From an uncultured Pseudobdellovibrionaceae bacterium (GTDB taxonomy: Bacteria > Bdellovibrionota > Bdellovibrionia > Bdellovibrionales > UBA1609), in contig CAWDNU010000001.1 of the NCBI GenBank assembly GCA_963803705.1, positions 480,001-544,000 on the forward strand: DNA of 64,000 nt, given 5' to 3'. This document shows, piece by piece, positions 59,741 to 64,000 of this stretch; position 1 is the first letter of the stretch; every line of letters begins with the position of its first letter. Made by a program: the position numbers and the translations under genes. The notes below the pieces were generated by a model that was not told where the DNA came from, ran no database searches, and saw only the letters and a list, made by a program, of their open reading frames with translations.

Positions 59741-61699
59741 TCAAAATTCTAAAGTTTCAAACGTACTAACTGGATGATCCACTAATCTGCCTGATGAAAA
59801 AATATAAGTGTGTCCCCCTAAAATTCCTAATTTAGAATCACTAAGTGGAACTACTTGTGGAAATCCCTTGTTTTCATCAAGATAAACCCCGGAATGAGTC
59901 CATTCATTAGTCACAAAGTCATATCTGTAGATATCATCCACATAATTAAGGTCAAAATTACCAAGATTTTTTAAAATCATGCCACCCATCAGGTAGATTG
60001 AGTCACCTATAATTCCTGCCCCCGGAGCAAAGGTTGCAAATGGTAAGGGACTTTTTTCGTACCAAGTTTGTGTAGAGGTATCAAAAACAGTTACATTAGC
60101 AATCCACTGGAAGTGACTTGAACCCTCGCCAATACCGCCTAAAAGATAGATTTCATCATTCGAGGTCACAGCAGTTAGCGCTCTTCTTAAGGGCTGTGGC
60201 ATAAGGCTTTGAATAGTGGACACTGACTCGGTCCTTAAATCAAAGACATCTATGGCAGATAAAAAATGGCCCTCTTTATCATCTTCAAATTTTGGAGTGC
60301 TATCCCATCCACCCAATAAATATACCTTGTCCTTTACCAGCGCTAAAGCGTTAGAGGATCTGGGTCGCGGCAGCTTAGTGCTAAGCGTATGCCACTGATC
60401 AGTACTTATATTATATCTTTCAATGGTGTCCACTGATTTCCATTTAGGCTTGTGTTTATCGCTGAATGTAAAACCACCAAAGACGTAGATAAAGTTTTTA
60501 TGAGCTACCATCTGAAAGCCATGTTTTGCAACGTTCATCGGAGCCAGGGTTGACCAGCTGTTAGCTTTGATATCGTAAACTTGCAGATCGTTTAAAAAAG
60601 ATTCCCTAGGGTAAGAGTGTTCAGCACCTTGGTGTCCACCAGCTATGTAAACTAAGTTTTCGTGAGTAACTGATCCGAAAGATGAGCGTTCAGGCTTTGG
60701 AAAATCCGGAAGAACAGCTTTCTGTAATAAGTTTGAGTTTGAAAACGATGGGACGTATTCTGCTACTGAAGGATCAGTCAAAAAAGGGGTGGATGTGCTT
60801 TTACTAGATTGATCAAAAGCTATAAAATTCAAATAGTAAATATCGATTTGAAGCTGATCTGTACCCGAAGCAAAACGTGTAAAGAATATTTTATTTAAAC
60901 CCTTAAAGCTTGGTGTAAATTCTATTTCTGGGTCATCAGTCAATTGTAGCTTCTGGTCGTTCCACAAGTCATAGACATATATGTCCCATTGGCCGCCGTC
61001 TTTACTTACGTAAGCCACAGATCTGTCATCGGCAGACAAAGACGGAAACATCGCATGTTTATCTTTTAGCGTAAGCTCTTTTAAAGTGCTCGTTGCAATA
61101 TCAAAAGATACCAGCTGTTTCGGGGCTTGCTTATCATTTTTTCTTTCAGTTCGATGATAAACAATTGTAGAACCATCTGAGGAAACTGCTGGAGCATAGC
61201 AGTCATAACTACTTTCAAGAATTTTATAATTGGGTTTGTAAAAATGTGCGGCTTTATTGTTTTGTGTTTCGATATTTTGTGGACCTTTTTTTCGCTCTTC
61301 AATTAAATCAACTATATAAATATTTTGCTTAGCTGTTTCTGGATTTGGACCACTAAATACTAAAAATCTTTCATTTCCTGAAAATTCAACGTGGATAAAT
61401 TGATTATCTACAGGAGTCCAGATCTCTTTTATATCATTTTCTAAATCTTGAATTACAATTTGAAGCTGAGTGTTTCCACCGGGCTGAATTAAGCCTTCAG
61501 AATAAGCGACAAACCGCCCTGACGAGCCTATCTCTGGATGATAGGTGTCCTTGTTAGGGTCAGAAATAACCTGTTGATTTTGGCCATCGTCATCAGCCAA
61601 CACAATTAATCTTTTCGATCCAATTTCTTTTTGAAAAACCATTTTAGCAGAACAGATGATTGTGGAAAAAAATAGCATAGTGATTAAACTGGCTTTCAT
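59741..61699 (-). CDS. Secreted TolB/PD40-like beta-propeller plus Kelch-repeat protein
   Basis: Signal peptide; PAVSSDG, PSLSAD repeats; Kelch IYVFGG, VYLLGG, IYLLGG, IYLMGG. Confidence 0.85.
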   Translation of the reverse strand: MKASLITMLFFSTIICSAKMVFQKEIGSKRLIVLADDDGQNQQVISDPNKDTYHPEIGSSGRFVAYSEGLIQPGGNTQLQIVIQDLENDIKEIWTPVDNQFIHVEFSGNERFLVFSGPNPETAKQNIYIVDLIEERKKGPQNIETQNNKAAHFYKPNYKILESSYDCYAPAVSSDGSTIVYHRTERKNDKQAPKQLVSFDIATSTLKELTLKDKHAMFPSLSADDRSVAYVSKDGGQWDIYVYDLWNDQKLQLTDDPEIEFTPSFKGLNKIFFTRFASGTDQLQIDIYYLNFIAFDQSSKSTSTPFLTDPSVAEYVPSFSNSNLLQKAVLPDFPKPERSSFGSVTHENLVYIAGGHQGAEHSYPRESFLNDLQVYDIKANSWSTLAPMNVAKHGFQMVAHKNFIYVFGGFTFSDKHKPKWKSVDTIERYNISTDQWHTLSTKLPRPRSSNALALVKDKVYLLGGWDSTPKFEDDKEGHFLSAIDVFDLRTESVSTIQSLMPQPLRRALTAVTSNDEIYLLGGIGEGSSHFQWIANVTVFDTSTQTWYEKSPLPFATFAPGAGIIGDSIYLMGGMILKNLGNFDLNYVDDIYRYDFVTNEWTHSGVYLDENKGFPQVVPLSDSKLGILGGHTYIFSSGRLVDHPVSTFETLEF

Positions 61700-61731
61700 A
61701 TATTACCCCCAATAATACTTAATTCCAAATC

Positions 61732-61810
61732 TCTAGGTCAGACCTAACGATCTAGCCTAGACTTCTAACCTAAAGATTTAACCTAAAGATCAGATCTAAA
61801 GGTAGATCCA
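61732..61810. repeat. Degenerate tandem ACCTAAAGAT repeats
   Basis: TAACCTAAAGAT at 61766-61777 and 61779-61790, with variants on each side. Confidence 0.55.
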
Positions 61811-61984
61811 GAACTAGTAGTCCCATGTTTAACGTGAATTTTTAATATCACTGATGTTATGGTTTTTTCAAATTAAATAAAATATTAACAAACTTAATGA
61901 GAAAACACGGGTAGTCTTGGCTTCGTCCCAAATTTGTCGTCAAATCAGCTTAATAGATAAACCATAATATCAAAGTTAACTTTA

Positions 61985-62109
61985 GGGCCTGTTGAAAAAG
62001 CATCATCTTCGTTGTTGCCTTCGCTTAAATCTCATTCGACGAAGATAAACTACGACTCATTCGATCTTAAGCTTGGACGCCTTGAATCTAATACTTTTAC
62101 AACAGGCCC
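61985..62109. mobile_element. 125-bp palindromic MITE-like element, copy 2
   Basis: Same orientation as 52291-52415, 6 mismatches. Confidence 0.88.
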
Positions 62110-62211
62110 TTTAGCTATTAATTTTACTGACGAATATTTCACTTACGCTTCGAGTTAGAAGAGATATCGTAAGCTTTTAATGTCTCTTTAGGCCATGCTA
62201 TCTTGTTCTCT

Positions 62212-62547
62212 ATGCCGCACTTAATATTAGAACATTCCAAAGAATTGAAATTAAAAAAAAGTCTTCCTGAATTGATAGAGGAGCTACACTTTACTTTTGC
62301 TAAGCAAGAGACAATTCGGCTAGGTTCTGTAAAGTCCAGGACAATTATTAGTGAAAACTGTATTCTCGGTGATAAGTCAAAACCCGACTTTGTTTTTTTG
62401 CAGGTAAAACTTTTGTCAGGAAGACCTGATTATCTAAAACAAAAATTTGTCGAAGTGTTAGCAAACATTTTAGAAAACCACTTATTTTTGGACAAGTGCA
62501 GTTTCTGTATTGAAATCACAGAGCTTCAATACTATTTTTCAAAATGA
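62212..62547 (+). CDS. 5-carboxymethyl-2-hydroxymuconate isomerase-like tautomerase
   Basis: N-terminal catalytic Pro (MPHLILEHS), VKSR, LLSGR; start moved to 62212. Confidence 0.82.
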   Translation: MPHLILEHSKELKLKKSLPELIEELHFTFAKQETIRLGSVKSRTIISENCILGDKSKPDFVFLQVKLLSGRPDYLKQKFVEVLANILENHLFLDKCSFCIEITELQYYFSK

Positions 62548-63389
62548 AAGAGTCAAAAATGAAAGTCTTGAAATCACACAAATGTTTTGAAGGTCTGACT
62601 TCATTTTGCGAACACGACTCCAAATTCACCAAAACTAAAATGAAATTTGCAATTCATGAGCCTCCGAAGGACAAGAAGGTAGTTGGTGGGGTTATTTGGC
62701 TTTCAGGTCTTACCTGTAATGAAGAAAATTTTATAGTAAAAGCTGGATCACAAAGAATCTTGAGTGAACTCGGCTTGGTTATTATTTGCCCAGACACTTC
62801 TCCTAGAGGCTTAAATTTAAAAAACGAACATAAATCATTTGATTTCGGTTCGGGGGCTAGCCTCTATGTAGATGCCACCACTGAAGGATACAAGGATCAT
62901 TACCGAATGTACTCTTATGTGAATGAAGAGATCTACAATTTATTAGATATAAGTTATGATTTAAAACAAAATATAAGCTTGATGGGGCACTCTATGGGAG
63001 GCCATGGAGCCCTAACTATCGGTTTAAAAAATCCAAAAAAATACAAATCAATTTCAGCTTTTGCTCCACTGGTAAATCCCGTTAGAAGCCAGGGATGGGC
63101 TAAAGAAGCCTTGATAGGTTATTTAGGCAATAACCCAGAACTATGGCGATCCTATGATGCTACTGAACTAGTTTCGAATGGTAATTTACATCCAAATAAG
63201 ATTCTAATCGATCAAGGTTTAAGTGACGAATTTTACCCTGGATTGTTGACCCAAAACTTCGCTAAGGCTTGCAAAAGTTCGGGCCAAAATCTTGAATTAA
63301 ATCTAAGAAAAAATTATGATCACTCCTACTACTTTGTTTCTACTTTCATACAAAGCCACTTAAAATTTCACCATTCATATTTAAGATAA
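62544..63389 (+). CDS. fghA: S-formylglutathione hydrolase
   Basis: WLSGLTC, PDTSPRG, GHSMGGHGA, IDQG, YDHSYYF. Confidence 0.95.
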   Translation: MKESKMKVLKSHKCFEGLTSFCEHDSKFTKTKMKFAIHEPPKDKKVVGGVIWLSGLTCNEENFIVKAGSQRILSELGLVIICPDTSPRGLNLKNEHKSFDFGSGASLYVDATTEGYKDHYRMYSYVNEEIYNLLDISYDLKQNISLMGHSMGGHGALTIGLKNPKKYKSISAFAPLVNPVRSQGWAKEALIGYLGNNPELWRSYDATELVSNGNLHPNKILIDQGLSDEFYPGLLTQNFAKACKSSGQNLELNLRKNYDHSYYFVSTFIQSHLKFHHSYLR

Positions 63390-63482
63390 ACATAAAAAGG
63401 TTCGATCATTTTAAATCCAAAATAGTACAAAGCGTTTAAATTTTATCTGGGTGTTTCACATCCGCCACCTTATCTTTGCATC

Positions 63483-64000
63483 TTATTTCTGCCCATCATA
63501 AATGCTAGGTGCCCCGCAAACAAAAAAGCTGATATAGCCAGAAAGTAGAGCGTATAGACCAATCTCAAATCCAAAAATTTCCATGCACATAAAAGCACAG
63601 GCCATGGGTGTTTTGGAGGCTGCACCAAAAACTGAGCTAAAACCTAAAGCCGCCATTAGGGATTGAGAAACGGGCAAGAATGCAGAAAGAGCACTTCCCA
63701 AGGTTGAACCAATAAATACTAAGGGAATAAATTCCCCACCCTTAAATCCTGACCCAATTGTTAAAGACGTAAATAAAGATTTTAAAAACGGCATATCAAT
63801 TGGTGCAACTACTGTTAAAGCCTGCTGAATTTCAGAAAGACCTAAGCCTACAAATCTAAATGTTCCTTCAAGATAAAATAATGTCACGACTATAAAACCT
63901 CCAACAAGAGGCCTAACAGGAGGGTATTTGATAAATCTTTTAAAAATCCTTTCAACTTGCCTGGTGGATTTTACGAATAAGTAGGCGGCAACGCCGAAAG
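63483..64000 (-). CDS. CLC (EriC-like) anion channel/transporter, 3' part; start is outside the window
   Basis: Frame open to the window edge; RPLVGG, GLG, GSGFKGGEFIP, VFGAASKTP, EIFG. Confidence 0.85.
   Translation of the reverse strand, partial: FGVAAYLFVKSTRQVERIFKRFIKYPPVRPLVGGFIVVTLFYLEGTFRFVGLGLSEIQQALTVVAPIDMPFLKSLFTSLTIGSGFKGGEFIPLVFIGSTLGSALSAFLPVSQSLMAALGFSSVFGAASKTPMACAFMCMEIFGFEIGLYALLSGYISFFVCGAPSIYDGQK

Noticed and set aside
61732..61810. oriC unwinding element (AGATCT-rich 13-mers)
   Set aside because: No DnaA-box cluster or dnaA/gidA context.
1..64000. Other short ORFs in the track nested in or antisense to long genes; tRNA and rRNA genes
   Set aside because: No motifs or RBS support for the short ORFs; no tRNA or rRNA signatures recognised by eye.

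Overview
AT-rich bacterial chromosome segment. Gene content (DUF507 pair, PEGA-domain Ser/Thr kinase, many orphan secreted proteins, cell-wall remodelling enzymes) suggests Bdellovibrionota; this is inference, not a database result. Contents in order: DNA-repair cluster (partial mutM, small ORF, lexA, ung); shikimate operon aroB-aroA-[aroK/aroD/aroE fusion]-aroC in the domain order of the eukaryotic AROM protein; phoD; RNase P RNA; PBP1B; KamA; kinase; coaE; S9 peptidase; an 8-gene TonB2/TtpC-type import locus with a secreted beta-helix protein, a TonB-dependent receptor and a candidate Pho box; an IS91-family element with a broken tyrosine recombinase, next to a GNAT gene bounded by the same end motif; menB; a SleB-like hydrolase fusion; a divergent pair of amidinotransferase/deiminase genes; rarA; an L,D-transpeptidase plus a hidden relic paralog; and several dispersed palindromic repeats (MITE-like). 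No rRNA, tRNA or CRISPR array was seen. Best candidates for an undescribed system are the IS91/recombinase end-motif cassette region and the TonB import locus. All family calls come from motif recognition by eye.
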